A stretch of DNA of 64,000 nt from Deltaproteobacteria bacterium (GTDB lineage: Bacteria; Myxococcota_A; UBA796; JAFGLY01), in NCBI GenBank assembly GCA_041309225.1, contig JBFYZZ010000152.1:6121-70120 (forward strand). Direction: 5' to 3'. Below are positions 19,804-31,118 of the stretch, in pieces. Positions within the stretch are counted from its first letter, which is position 1; the number at the start of each line of letters is the position of its first letter. The translations under genes were made by a program, and so were the position numbers. Below the pieces are notes generated by a model, which saw only the letters and a program-made list of their open reading frames with translations, had not been told where the DNA came from and did no database searches.

Positions 19804-21633
19804 ATGCACCGCCCCCTCATCCCGCTCGCCCTGCTCACCCTCGTCCCGCTCGCGCCGTCGGTGGCCGCCCCCGCCGCCGAGCCGCCCGCTGCCGAGCCCA
19901 CCCTCACGCCCATCCAGCAGGAGGCCGAGGCCTTCCTCGGAGCCACCGAGACCCGCCTCCTCCAGGAGATGATCCGCAGGGAACGGGCGGCCTGGGTCCA
20001 GGACAACTTCATCACCGTCGACACCGAGGCCATGGCCGCCGAAGCCGCCCAGGGGTTGATGGCCTTCATCTCCGAGGCCGTTCCCGCCTCCCGGAAGTTC
20101 GACGGAGCCGCCGTCACGCCCCTCCAGCGCCGCAAGCTGGACCTGCTGCGGCACTGGATCGACGCCCCCGCACCCCGCGACCCGGGCCGGCGGGACGAGC
20201 TGGCCGCCACCATGGCGAGGATGCAGTCCCGCTACGGCGCGGGCAGGTACTGCCCGGAGCGCCTGCAGGGCCAGTGCCTCGACCTCGACCAGCTCTCCGC
20301 GATCCTCGCCACCAGCCGGAACTGGGACGAGCTCCTCGACGCCTGGACGGGCTGGCGCACGATCTCGGCGCCCATGCGCGACGAGTACGCCCGCTTCGTG
20401 CAGCTCGCCAACGAGGGCGCCAAGGAGATCGGGGCCGACGACGTCGGCGAGATCTGGCGATCCCGGTACGACATGCCGCCCGAGCAGCTCGCCGCCGAGG
20501 TCGAGCGCCTGTGGAACCAGGTGAGGCCGCTCTACCGGGATCTCCACGGGTACACGCGAGGTCGCCTGGTCAAGCAGTACGGGGCCGACAAGGTGCCCGT
20601 GAACGGGCTCATCCCCTCCCACCTGCTGGGCAACATGTGGGCCCAGGACTGGACGGCGCTCTACCCGCTCCTCGCGCCTGCCAACGACATGCCCATGGAT
20701 CTCGACGCGGCCATCAAGGCCCGGAACTGGACCGGCCAGGCCATGGTGAAGCAGGGCGAGGGCTTTTTCCGCTCCCTCGGCCTCGATCCGCTTCCGGCCA
20801 CGTTCTGGGAGCGCTCGCTGTTCGTCAAGCCGGCCGACCGCGACGTGGTGTGCCACGCCAGCGCGTGGGACGTCGACTTCGACCAGGACGTCCGCATCAA
20901 GATGTGCATACGGCCCGACTTCGAAAGCTTCCAGACCATCCACCACGAGCTGGGCCACATCTACTACTACCTGGCCGTTCGGGGGTACTCGACGCTCCTC
21001 CGCCGCGACGCCATGGACGCCTTCAACGAGGCGATCGGCGACACCATCGCGCTCTCGGTCACGCCCGCGTACCTCGAGAAGACCGCGATCCTGAGCGGGG
21101 TCCCGGACGACGACGCCGTCGGCCCGCTCCTGCGGCGGGCGCTCGACGCGGTGGCGTTCCTGCCCTTCAGCGTCGTGGTGGATCGCTGGCGCTGGGACGT
21201 CTTCTCCGGCGGCGTGCAGCCGGAGTCCTACAACACGCGGTGGTGGGACCTGGTCCGGGCCTACCAGGGCATCGCGCCCCCCGTGACGCGCACCGAGGAC
21301 GACTTCGATCCCGGCGCCAAGTACCACGTCCCGGCCAACGTCCCCTACACCCGGTACTTCCTCTCCACCATCCTGCAGTACCAGTTCCATCGCGCGCTGT
21401 GCAGGGAGGCCGGGTACCGGGGGCCGCTCCACCTCTGCTCCATCCACGGCAACGAGGCGGCCGGGAAGAAGCTCGAGGCCATGCTGGAGATGGGGGCCAC
21501 GAAGCCCTGGCCCGAGGCGCTGAAGGCGCTCACCGGAGAGACGCGGATCGACGCCGGCGCCCTGCTCGAGTACTACGCGCCCCTGCGACGCTGGCTGCGA
21601 ACCCAGAACAACAGGAACCCCGTCGGCTGGTGA
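19804..21633 (+). CDS. M2 family peptidyl-dipeptidase A (angiotensin-converting-enzyme-like)
   Basis: 609 aa with a signal peptide. Zinc motif FQTIHHELGHIYYY, with downstream NEAIGDTIALS (HEXXH..E of the M2 family). Confidence 0.9.
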   Translation: MHRPLIPLALLTLVPLAPSVAAPAAEPPAAEPTLTPIQQEAEAFLGATETRLLQEMIRRERAAWVQDNFITVDTEAMAAEAAQGLMAFISEAVPASRKFDGAAVTPLQRRKLDLLRHWIDAPAPRDPGRRDELAATMARMQSRYGAGRYCPERLQGQCLDLDQLSAILATSRNWDELLDAWTGWRTISAPMRDEYARFVQLANEGAKEIGADDVGEIWRSRYDMPPEQLAAEVERLWNQVRPLYRDLHGYTRGRLVKQYGADKVPVNGLIPSHLLGNMWAQDWTALYPLLAPANDMPMDLDAAIKARNWTGQAMVKQGEGFFRSLGLDPLPATFWERSLFVKPADRDVVCHASAWDVDFDQDVRIKMCIRPDFESFQTIHHELGHIYYYLAVRGYSTLLRRDAMDAFNEAIGDTIALSVTPAYLEKTAILSGVPDDDAVGPLLRRALDAVAFLPFSVVVDRWRWDVFSGGVQPESYNTRWWDLVRAYQGIAPPVTRTEDDFDPGAKYHVPANVPYTRYFLSTILQYQFHRALCREAGYRGPLHLCSIHGNEAAGKKLEAMLEMGATKPWPEALKALTGETRIDAGALLEYYAPLRRWLRTQNNRNPVGW

Positions 21634-21666
21634 TCCGGGGGGGGGCGCGATCCCCCTGGAGGTACC

Positions 21667-24033
21667 ATGGAAGACTTCGAGCGACTGGGCGCGTTCTACC
21701 TCGGACGCGAGCTGGATACCGCCACCCGCGCGCCGGGCCCGCTGCTCCTCCTGGACGCCCGGGACCTGACCACGCACGGCGTCGTGATCGGCATGACCGG
21801 CAGCGGCAAGACGGGGCTGGCCATCGCCCTGCTCGAGGAGGCCGCGATCGACGGGGTCCCGGTGATCGCGATCGACCCCAAGGGAGACCTGGGCAACCTC
21901 CTGCTCTCCTTCCCCGACCTCGCGCCCGCCGACTTCCGGCCCTGGGTGGAGGAGGAGGCGGCCGCCAAGGGCCTGGATCCGGCCGTACTCGCGGACCGGG
22001 AGGCGACCCGGTGGCGGGAGGGGCTGGCCGCGTGGGGCCAGGGACCCGACCGGATCCGGCGCCTCCGGGACCGCGTGGACCTCGCCATCTACACCCCCGG
22101 CGCCCGGGCACGGCCGCTCGCGGTGCTCCGGGGGTTCGACGCGCCCTCCGAGGCGGTGCGGCTCGATCCGGTGGCCCTCGGCGAGCGCGTCCGCAACACG
22201 GTGTCCGGCCTGCTCGGGCTCCTCGGGATCGAGGCCGATCCGCTCCGCAGCCGGGAGCACCTCCTCCTGTCGGCGCTGCTCTCGGCCGCGTGGGGCGAGG
22301 GCCGTGGCCTCGACCTCGGCACCCTCGTGGGGGCCGTCCGCGAGCCGCCCTTCGACCGCCTGGGCGTCATGGACCTGGAGACGTTCTACCCGGCGAAGGA
22401 TCGCTTCGAGCTCGCCCTGTTGCTGAACGGGCTCCTCGCCTCCCCCACGTTCGCCGCCTGGGCCGAGGGGGAGCCGCTCGACGTGCGCACGCTCCTCTGG
22501 ACCGCCGACGGCCGGCCCCGTGTATCCGTGATCTCCATCGCGCACCTGCCCGACGCCGAACGCATGTTCCTCGTCACGCGCGTGCTCGACGAGGTGCTCG
22601 CCTGGACCCGCGCCCAGGCGGGCACGCCCAGCCTGCGGGCGCTCCTCTACATGGACGAGGTCTTCGGGTTCTTCCCGCCGGTGGCCGCGCCGCCCTCCAA
22701 GGCCCCGATGCTCACGCTCCTCAAGCAGGCGCGGGCCTTCGGCCTCGGTGTGGTGCTCGCCACCCAGAACCCCGTGGACCTCGACTACAAGGGCCTGGGC
22801 AACGCCGGTACGTGGTTCGTGGGGCGGCTGCAGACCGAGCGCGACGTCGCGCGCGTGGTCGATGCGCTGGAGGCCGCGGCGGCCGGAACCTCGCGCGCCG
22901 AACTCGCGGCCCTGCTCACGGGGCTCGCCCCGCGCACCTTCCTGCTGCACTCGATCCACGCGGCGCGGCCCTTGGTCTTCTCCTCCCGCTGGGCCATGTC
23001 CTACCTCCGGGGTCCCCTGACACTCCCGCAGATCGCCACGCTCTCCCCAGCCCCGGCGTCCGTCACCCCCGTCGCCTCGGCGATGCCTGCGCCCATCGCC
23101 CCGTCGTCTCAGGCCGGCGCGGCCCCGGCGGCCGGGGACCGCGCACGCGCGGGGGCCCGTCCCATTCTCCCCCCAGAGATCCCACAGTTCTTCGCCCCGA
23201 TCCAGGGTCAGCCCTCCGGCAGGGTCTACCGGGCCCGCGTGCTCGGCGCCGCCCGCGTCCGGACCGTGAACGCGAAGGCCGGCGTGGACCTGATCCGGCC
23301 GGTCCGGCGCGTGGCCGCACCCACCTCCGGCCCCCTCCCGGTCGACTGGGACCGGTCTTCGACCTTCGAGATCGACCTCACCCAGCTGGAGCGGGAGCCC
23401 GCGGCCGGCGTGCCCTTCGAGCCGCCGGGGGTGGGACTCCAGGCCCGCCACCTGGATCGCTGGGGCAGGGATCTCACGCGCTGGCTCCAGGTCCACGGCG
23501 GGATCACGCTCCTCCAGGCGCCACGCCTCAAGCTCGTGGCGAGGCCAGGGGAGGCGGAGGCGGACTTCCGGATCCGCGTGGCGCAGGCCGCCCGCGAGTC
23601 CCGGGACGCCATGGTCGAGCGGCTTCGGGCGAAGCACGCCACCCGCCTCGCCGGCCTCGCGGAGAAGGTGCGGCGGGCCGAGGCCCGGGTCCAGGCCCAG
23701 GCCGCGCAGGCCAGCCAGAAGAAGCTCGAGACCGCCGTCTCGATGGGCATGGGCATCTTCGGTGGCCTCTTCGGCCGCCGCTCGCTCACCTCGCGTGCGG
23801 GCAGCGCCATCCGCTCGGCGGGTCGCGCCTACCAGGAGTCCAAGGACGTGGACCGGGCCCGGGAGGACCTCGAGGCCGCGCGCGCGGCCCTGACCGACGC
23901 CGAGGCCCGGATCGCCGAGGAGGTCCGGTCGATGGAGTTGGGCGGGGAGGAGCCGCTGGTGCCGCTGCCGCTCGCCCCGCGCGCCACGGACGTCTCCCTG
24001 GACCTCGTCGCCGTGCTCTGGGAAGCGGACTAG
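21667..24033 (+). CDS. HerA/DUF853-like P-loop ATPase with long C-terminal extension
   Basis: 788 aa, GGAGG upstream. Walker A: VVIGMTGSGKTG. Walker B: ALLYMDEVFGFF. LGVVLATQNPVDLDYKGLGNAGTWFVGRLQTERD resembles the YjgR/HerA-like C-terminal motif. The last ~300 aa are unassigned and include a coiled-coil-like AEKVRRAEARVQAQAAQASQKK. Confidence 0.85.
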   Translation: MEDFERLGAFYLGRELDTATRAPGPLLLLDARDLTTHGVVIGMTGSGKTGLAIALLEEAAIDGVPVIAIDPKGDLGNLLLSFPDLAPADFRPWVEEEAAAKGLDPAVLADREATRWREGLAAWGQGPDRIRRLRDRVDLAIYTPGARARPLAVLRGFDAPSEAVRLDPVALGERVRNTVSGLLGLLGIEADPLRSREHLLLSALLSAAWGEGRGLDLGTLVGAVREPPFDRLGVMDLETFYPAKDRFELALLLNGLLASPTFAAWAEGEPLDVRTLLWTADGRPRVSVISIAHLPDAERMFLVTRVLDEVLAWTRAQAGTPSLRALLYMDEVFGFFPPVAAPPSKAPMLTLLKQARAFGLGVVLATQNPVDLDYKGLGNAGTWFVGRLQTERDVARVVDALEAAAAGTSRAELAALLTGLAPRTFLLHSIHAARPLVFSSRWAMSYLRGPLTLPQIATLSPAPASVTPVASAMPAPIAPSSQAGAAPAAGDRARAGARPILPPEIPQFFAPIQGQPSGRVYRARVLGAARVRTVNAKAGVDLIRPVRRVAAPTSGPLPVDWDRSSTFEIDLTQLEREPAAGVPFEPPGVGLQARHLDRWGRDLTRWLQVHGGITLLQAPRLKLVARPGEAEADFRIRVAQAARESRDAMVERLRAKHATRLAGLAEKVRRAEARVQAQAAQASQKKLETAVSMGMGIFGGLFGRRSLTSRAGSAIRSAGRAYQESKDVDRAREDLEAARAALTDAEARIAEEVRSMELGGEEPLVPLPLAPRATDVSLDLVAVLWEAD

Positions 24034-24121
24034 CCCGCGGGCGTGCTGCCAGCGCTCCGGGTCGTGCGGCACCAGGGCCTCGATCCAATCCGGGTAGTCC
24101 TCGTGGCGCGTCTCCGGGCAT

Positions 24122-27004
<2,883 letters not shown>

Positions 27005-27033
27005 GGGCGGAGGGGTAACCCCCTGCGCGAACG

Positions 27034-27720
27034 TCAGGCCGGTTGCTGCATGAACTGGGTCAGTTGCTTCCGGTCCTTGATGACGAGACCTTCGCGGCGG
27101 GTCTCGACGAAGCCCTCGCGCTGCCACCGGGTCAGCACGCGGATCGTGGTCTCGACGCGACAGCCCACCATGCTGGCGAGGTCGCCCCGGGTCAGGCGGA
27201 CCGGTACGAACGTGCCGCGGGAGTCGGGCAGGCCGACGTCGTCGCCGATGCGCAGGAGCACGCGGGCGAGGCGCTGCTCGACGGGCCCGTGCGCCATCTC
27301 CTCGAGCCGCTCCACGAACGACTGGAGGCGCATGTGGGAAAGCGCCAGGAGCGTGGACCCGAGCTCGGGCTGGCGCTCGAGGAGCTCGCGCAGGCGGGAG
27401 CGATCGATCCGGATCCCGCGTCCGGAGGCCAGGACCGTGCAGGTGGAGGTGTGGTGGGCCTCGGGCAGGGCGGCGCCTGCGCCCATGAGCTGGCCGCGGT
27501 GGACGAGGTCGAGGATGACGTCGCGGCCGCCGGGCCACTCGCGGGTCAGCTTGAGCGTGCCCGTACAGACGACGAGCATCCAGTCGGCGGGGTCGCCCTG
27601 GCGCCAGAGCACGTCGCCCCGCTTGTAGCGAAGGATCTCGCCCTGCTGCATGATCGCGGCGTTGACGTGGGCCTCGAGACAGGGATGGACGCAGGGGCAG
27701 ATCGTGCGTTCGGTCGGCAT
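27034..27720 (-). CDS. Crp/Fnr family transcriptional regulator with N-terminal Cys cluster
   Basis: ORF 27034..27783 trimmed to ATG 27720, giving 228 aa. cNMP-binding-like barrel: ILRYKRGDVLWRQGDPADWMLVVCTGTLKL. C-terminal HTH: LTRGDLASMVGCRVETTIRVLTRWQREG. N-terminus: MPTERTICPCVHPC. Confidence 0.85.
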   Translation of the reverse strand: MPTERTICPCVHPCLEAHVNAAIMQQGEILRYKRGDVLWRQGDPADWMLVVCTGTLKLTREWPGGRDVILDLVHRGQLMGAGAALPEAHHTSTCTVLASGRGIRIDRSRLRELLERQPELGSTLLALSHMRLQSFVERLEEMAHGPVEQRLARVLLRIGDDVGLPDSRGTFVPVRLTRGDLASMVGCRVETTIRVLTRWQREGFVETRREGLVIKDRKQLTQFMQQPA

Positions 27721-27751
27721 GGGGTCACCGGGTGGAGGGGGCGGTGAAGAC

Positions 27752-27767
27752 TGCAAGGGTCGTGCCA
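27752..27767 (-). promoter_or_regulatory. sigma-54 (-24/-12) promoter
   Basis: The minus strand reads cTGGCACGacccTTGCAg, a full match to YTGGCACG-N4-TTGCW. It ends about 31 nt upstream of the Crp/Fnr ATG at 27720. It is the only such match I found while scanning the window by eye. Confidence 0.6.
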
Positions 27768-27906
27768 GGATCTGAGTGCGCAATCATGATCTGCGGCAGA
27801 ATTCGAACATCCGCGATCGGTGGAGGCACCCCCTCGTGGGGGCGGTCATCCGAACGTGCGAAAACACACAACCCGATCGGATGCCCCCTGTTGTATCTCG
27901 CACAAG

Positions 27907-27918
27907 TGATGTAGATCA
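27907..27918. promoter_or_regulatory. Fnr/Crp-like half-site palindrome TGAT-N4-ATCA
   Basis: tgatgtagatca lies 24-35 nt upstream of the ntrC-like ATG. It matches only the core of TTGAT-N4-ATCAA. Confidence 0.25.
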
Positions 27919-27941
27919 GATGCCCCACCCTGGGAGGCCGT

Positions 27942-29330
27942 ATGTCCGGTCAGGCGAAGATCCTGGTCTGCGACGACGAGGAGCTCATCCGCTGGTCGCT
28001 GTCCGAGTACCTCCAGAAGGAGGGGTACCGCGTGGTGGAGGCGGCAGACGGGATGCAGTGCCTCGAGCAGGTCGCCAACGAGGTGCCGGACCTCGTGGTC
28101 CTGGACCTCAAGATGCCCCGCATGGGGGGGATGGAGGTCCTCCAGCACCTCCAGGACACCGATCCGCTGCTGCCGGTGGTGGTCATCACCGCCCACGGCG
28201 CGGTGGACTCGGCGCTCGAGGCGACGCGGCTCGGGGCGCGGGCCTACCTCGCGAAGCCGTTCGATCTGCGGGAGGTGGGCCTCCTGCTCCAGCAGGTGCT
28301 CAAGGCCCACTCGCTCGAGGCCCAGGTCCGGTACCTGAGGGACCGCCGCGCCTCGTCCTACGACCGAGTGATCGGGCAGTCCGCGGCCATGCGCCGCCTG
28401 GTGGAGACGCTGCGTCGCCTCGAGACCGTGGACGCCCCGACCGTGCTCCTCATCGGCGAGTCGGGCACGGGCAAAGACCTCATCGCCCACGCCATCCACG
28501 AGAACGGCATGCGCCGGAACGCGCCCTTCATGGAGGTGGACTGCGCGGGCCTCACCGAGACGCTCATCGAGTCGGAGCTGTTCGGGCACGAGCGGGGCGC
28601 CTTCACCGACGCCAAGACGACCAAGCGGGGGCTGTTCGAGCTGGCCCGCGGGGGCACCATCTTCCTGGACGAGATCAGCGAGATGTCGGTGGGGACCCAG
28701 GCCAAGCTCCTCCGTTCGCTGGAGAACCGCCGGTTCAAACGGGTGGGCGGTGTCGCGGACATCGAGCTCGACGCCGGGATCATCGCCGCCACCAACCGCG
28801 ACCTGGGCGAGGAGGTGCGCCAGGGCCGGTTCCGGGAGGATCTCTTCTTCCGCCTCAACGTGGTGCGGATCATCGTCCCCCCGCTCCGCGCCCGGCGGGA
28901 GGACATCCCGCTCCTGGCCGAGCACTTCCTGAAGCGGTTCAACCAGAAGTTCGGCCGGGACGTCCGGAGCATCTCGCCGGAGGCGCAGCGGCGCCTGAAG
29001 GCCTATGCCTGGCCCGGCAACGTCCGGGAGCTGCGCAACGTGCTCGAGCGGGTGGTGATCCTGGAGGCGGACGAGGTCGTCCTGGCCTCCCACCTCCCGC
29101 CGGAACTGCGGTTCCCCTCGGACGCCGACGAGGGAGCGCTCCCCGAGACGCGCTTCGTTCTCCCCGAGCAGGGTCTGGACCTCGAGACCCTGGAGCGGAG
29201 CCTGCTCGACCAGGCCATGGCCCGGACGGGCGGCAACCAGTCCCAGGCCGCCCGCCTCCTGGGCATCAGCCGGTACGCCCTGCGCTACCGCCTGGAGAAG
29301 GCGAAGGATCCCCAGGCGCGGGGAGGCTGA
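27942..29330 (+). CDS. sigma-54-dependent response regulator (NtrC family enhancer-binding protein)
   Basis: 462 aa. Receiver domain: ILVCDDEELIR..DLVVLDLKMPRMGG. AAA+ domain: VLLIGESGTGKDLIAHAIH and ESELFGHERGAFTDA (GAFTGA-type loop). C-terminal Fis-type HTH: NQSQAARLLGISRYALRYRL. Confidence 0.93.
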   Translation: MSGQAKILVCDDEELIRWSLSEYLQKEGYRVVEAADGMQCLEQVANEVPDLVVLDLKMPRMGGMEVLQHLQDTDPLLPVVVITAHGAVDSALEATRLGARAYLAKPFDLREVGLLLQQVLKAHSLEAQVRYLRDRRASSYDRVIGQSAAMRRLVETLRRLETVDAPTVLLIGESGTGKDLIAHAIHENGMRRNAPFMEVDCAGLTETLIESELFGHERGAFTDAKTTKRGLFELARGGTIFLDEISEMSVGTQAKLLRSLENRRFKRVGGVADIELDAGIIAATNRDLGEEVRQGRFREDLFFRLNVVRIIVPPLRARREDIPLLAEHFLKRFNQKFGRDVRSISPEAQRRLKAYAWPGNVRELRNVLERVVILEADEVVLASHLPPELRFPSDADEGALPETRFVLPEQGLDLETLERSLLDQAMARTGGNQSQAARLLGISRYALRYRLEKAKDPQARGG

Positions 29331-30345
29331 CGCGGAACGTGGTCGGGTCGCCCGGCGGAGACGCGAGCTCGAGCGTGCCCCCCATGGCCTCCAGGAGCGT
29401 GCGGGCCAGGGCGAGCACGAGGCCGCTGCCCGTCCGGGTCCGGACCCGGGAGAACGGATCGAAGAGGCGGGCCCGCGCCGCGGTGGGCACGGGGGGACCG
29501 TCGTCCGAGACCGTGAGGCGGGGCCCCGGGCCGACGCGGACCTCCACGCCGTCGGGCCGGGCCGCCACTGCGGCCGCCTCGGCGAGGAGGCCGGCCAGCC
29601 CCTGGTGCAGGAGGGAGGGATCGGCCAGGGTGAGCGCCGGCCCGTCCACGTGGACCCGCGCAGCCGGTGCCGCCGCGAGCACGGCGTCGCGCGCGGCCGA
29701 CGCCAGGTCCACGACGGACCGCGTCGGGGAGGGGGGGCGCGAGAACTCGACGAGGTCCTCCACGATCCGGTCCAGGCGGCCGACCTGGGCCTGGACCTTG
29801 CGCAGGACGTCCCCGTGGCGGGGATCGCCCGGGGACGAGGCCACCACCTGGAACGCCAGCGAGAGGGCGGAGAGTGGGTTGCGCATCTCGTGGGCCACGT
29901 TGGCCGCGAGCACCGCGGTGCGGGCCTGGCAAGCCTGACGCTCGGCACGCACGACGGCTTCCACCGCCTCCGTGACGTCGTCGAGGAGGACCACCACCTC
30001 GGCCGAACGACCGGGTACGGGCGCGATCCGCACCCTCAAGTGGCGAGCCGTCAGCCCCTCGCCGATCACCACGCGGGGGACGTGAACCGGCAGGCGGGTG
30101 GACAGGGCCTCCCCGATGCGGGTGGGAAGGTCGGACGCCTGCAGGATGGCAGGGGGGATCACGGCGTCGAAGCGACGTCCTTGCAGGTCGGTCACGTCCA
30201 GGCCGGGCAGGCCCGCCCCGAAGACCTGCGTCACCGTGCCGGCAGGATCGAGGCGGAAGGCCACACCCGCGAAGGCGAGCGACCCGCCGATCTCGAGCCA
30301 GGTGGGATCACGGTCGCGACCGGCCGGAGGGGGCGAAGGGGACAT
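29266..30345 (-). CDS. soluble sensor histidine kinase (PAS-like N-terminus, HisKA, HATPase_c)
   Basis: ORF 29266..30801 trimmed to ATG 30345, giving 359 aa. H-box: ANVAHEMRNPLSAL. ATP-lid region: VSDDGPPVP..LFDPFSRV..GSGLVLALARTLLEAMGG. No TM segment. The 3' end overlaps the ntrC-like gene by 65 nt. Confidence 0.85.
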   Translation of the reverse strand: MSPSPPPAGRDRDPTWLEIGGSLAFAGVAFRLDPAGTVTQVFGAGLPGLDVTDLQGRRFDAVIPPAILQASDLPTRIGEALSTRLPVHVPRVVIGEGLTARHLRVRIAPVPGRSAEVVVLLDDVTEAVEAVVRAERQACQARTAVLAANVAHEMRNPLSALSLAFQVVASSPGDPRHGDVLRKVQAQVGRLDRIVEDLVEFSRPPSPTRSVVDLASAARDAVLAAAPAARVHVDGPALTLADPSLLHQGLAGLLAEAAAVAARPDGVEVRVGPGPRLTVSDDGPPVPTAARARLFDPFSRVRTRTGSGLVLALARTLLEAMGGTLELASPPGDPTTFRVSLPAPGDPSPSPGGSAGRTG

Positions 30346-30359
30346 GGGAGCGTGCGGCC

Positions 30360-31091
30360 TCACCCGCTCCCTGTGGGATAGCACACATCGCGCGCCAGCG
30401 GGCGCCGGGACACGGCCACCACCGTGCCGGGATCCCACCGCAGCAGATCCAGGATCCAGGCCGGCTCGGGCCCGTCCGGGTCCACGGGCACCACCACGAT
30501 CCGGCCCGGAGAACCGCCGGTCCGGGTCCGGAGACGGGGCTCGGGAACCTCCTGGAGGGGGACACCGGCCCCCTCGGCGAGGAGGCCCGCGAACACGCGG
30601 GGGGCACCGCCCGTGGGCTCGCCGTTGGAGGCGAGGATCACCTCGCGTGCGCGCGCCGACGGCGGGTCGCACGGGGCGGGCCGCACGGCCGCCACCGGCA
30701 GCGGGGAGCACCGCATCACGCTGCGGGCGAGGCCCGGGGGCTCGTCGGGATCGCGGTGGGTGCCGAGGAGGATCCAGCGGCAGGGAGTGACCGCGGCACA
30801 CCGGCAGATGCCCTCGGTGGCGTCACCCTCCACGGTGCGGATCCGGACCCGCGCCCCACCGGCCCGGAGCGGGGCCGAGAGGACGTACAGGTCGGCGAGA
30901 TCGGCGAGCGGGGACGGCGCGCCGGACACGTGGATCACGAGCGGCACCTCGCCCGTGGCCCGCGCGAGCAGGCCGGCCACCCGGAGGGCGTCGGGGTGGG
31001 TGCAGGGCAGGTCGAGGGCGACGAGGAAGGCCACGGGTCCCGTCGCGAGCAAGGTCCGTGCCGGGATCGGGCCCGCGGCACGGAGATCCAC
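30360..31091 (-). CDS. hypothetical protein (faint tandem universal-stress-protein-like pattern)
   Basis: 243 aa, GTG start. GC3 bias is consistent with coding. It sits 14 nt upstream of the kinase gene and 27 nt after the barrel gene. The family call is not secure. Confidence 0.5.
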   Translation of the reverse strand: MDLRAAGPIPARTLLATGPVAFLVALDLPCTHPDALRVAGLLARATGEVPLVIHVSGAPSPLADLADLYVLSAPLRAGGARVRIRTVEGDATEGICRCAAVTPCRWILLGTHRDPDEPPGLARSVMRCSPLPVAAVRPAPCDPPSARAREVILASNGEPTGGAPRVFAGLLAEGAGVPLQEVPEPRLRTRTGGSPGRIVVVPVDPDGPEPAWILDLLRWDPGTVVAVSRRPLARDVCYPTGSG

Positions 31092-31118
31092 CGGACGCCG
31101 ATCCGGCGCATGGACGCT

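Noticed and set aside
30360-31091. Confident universal-stress-protein annotation for the 243-aa gene
   Set aside because: There is only a faint alpha/beta tandem pattern and no clear ATP-binding G-x2-G-x9-G-S/T motif. It is kept as hypothetical.
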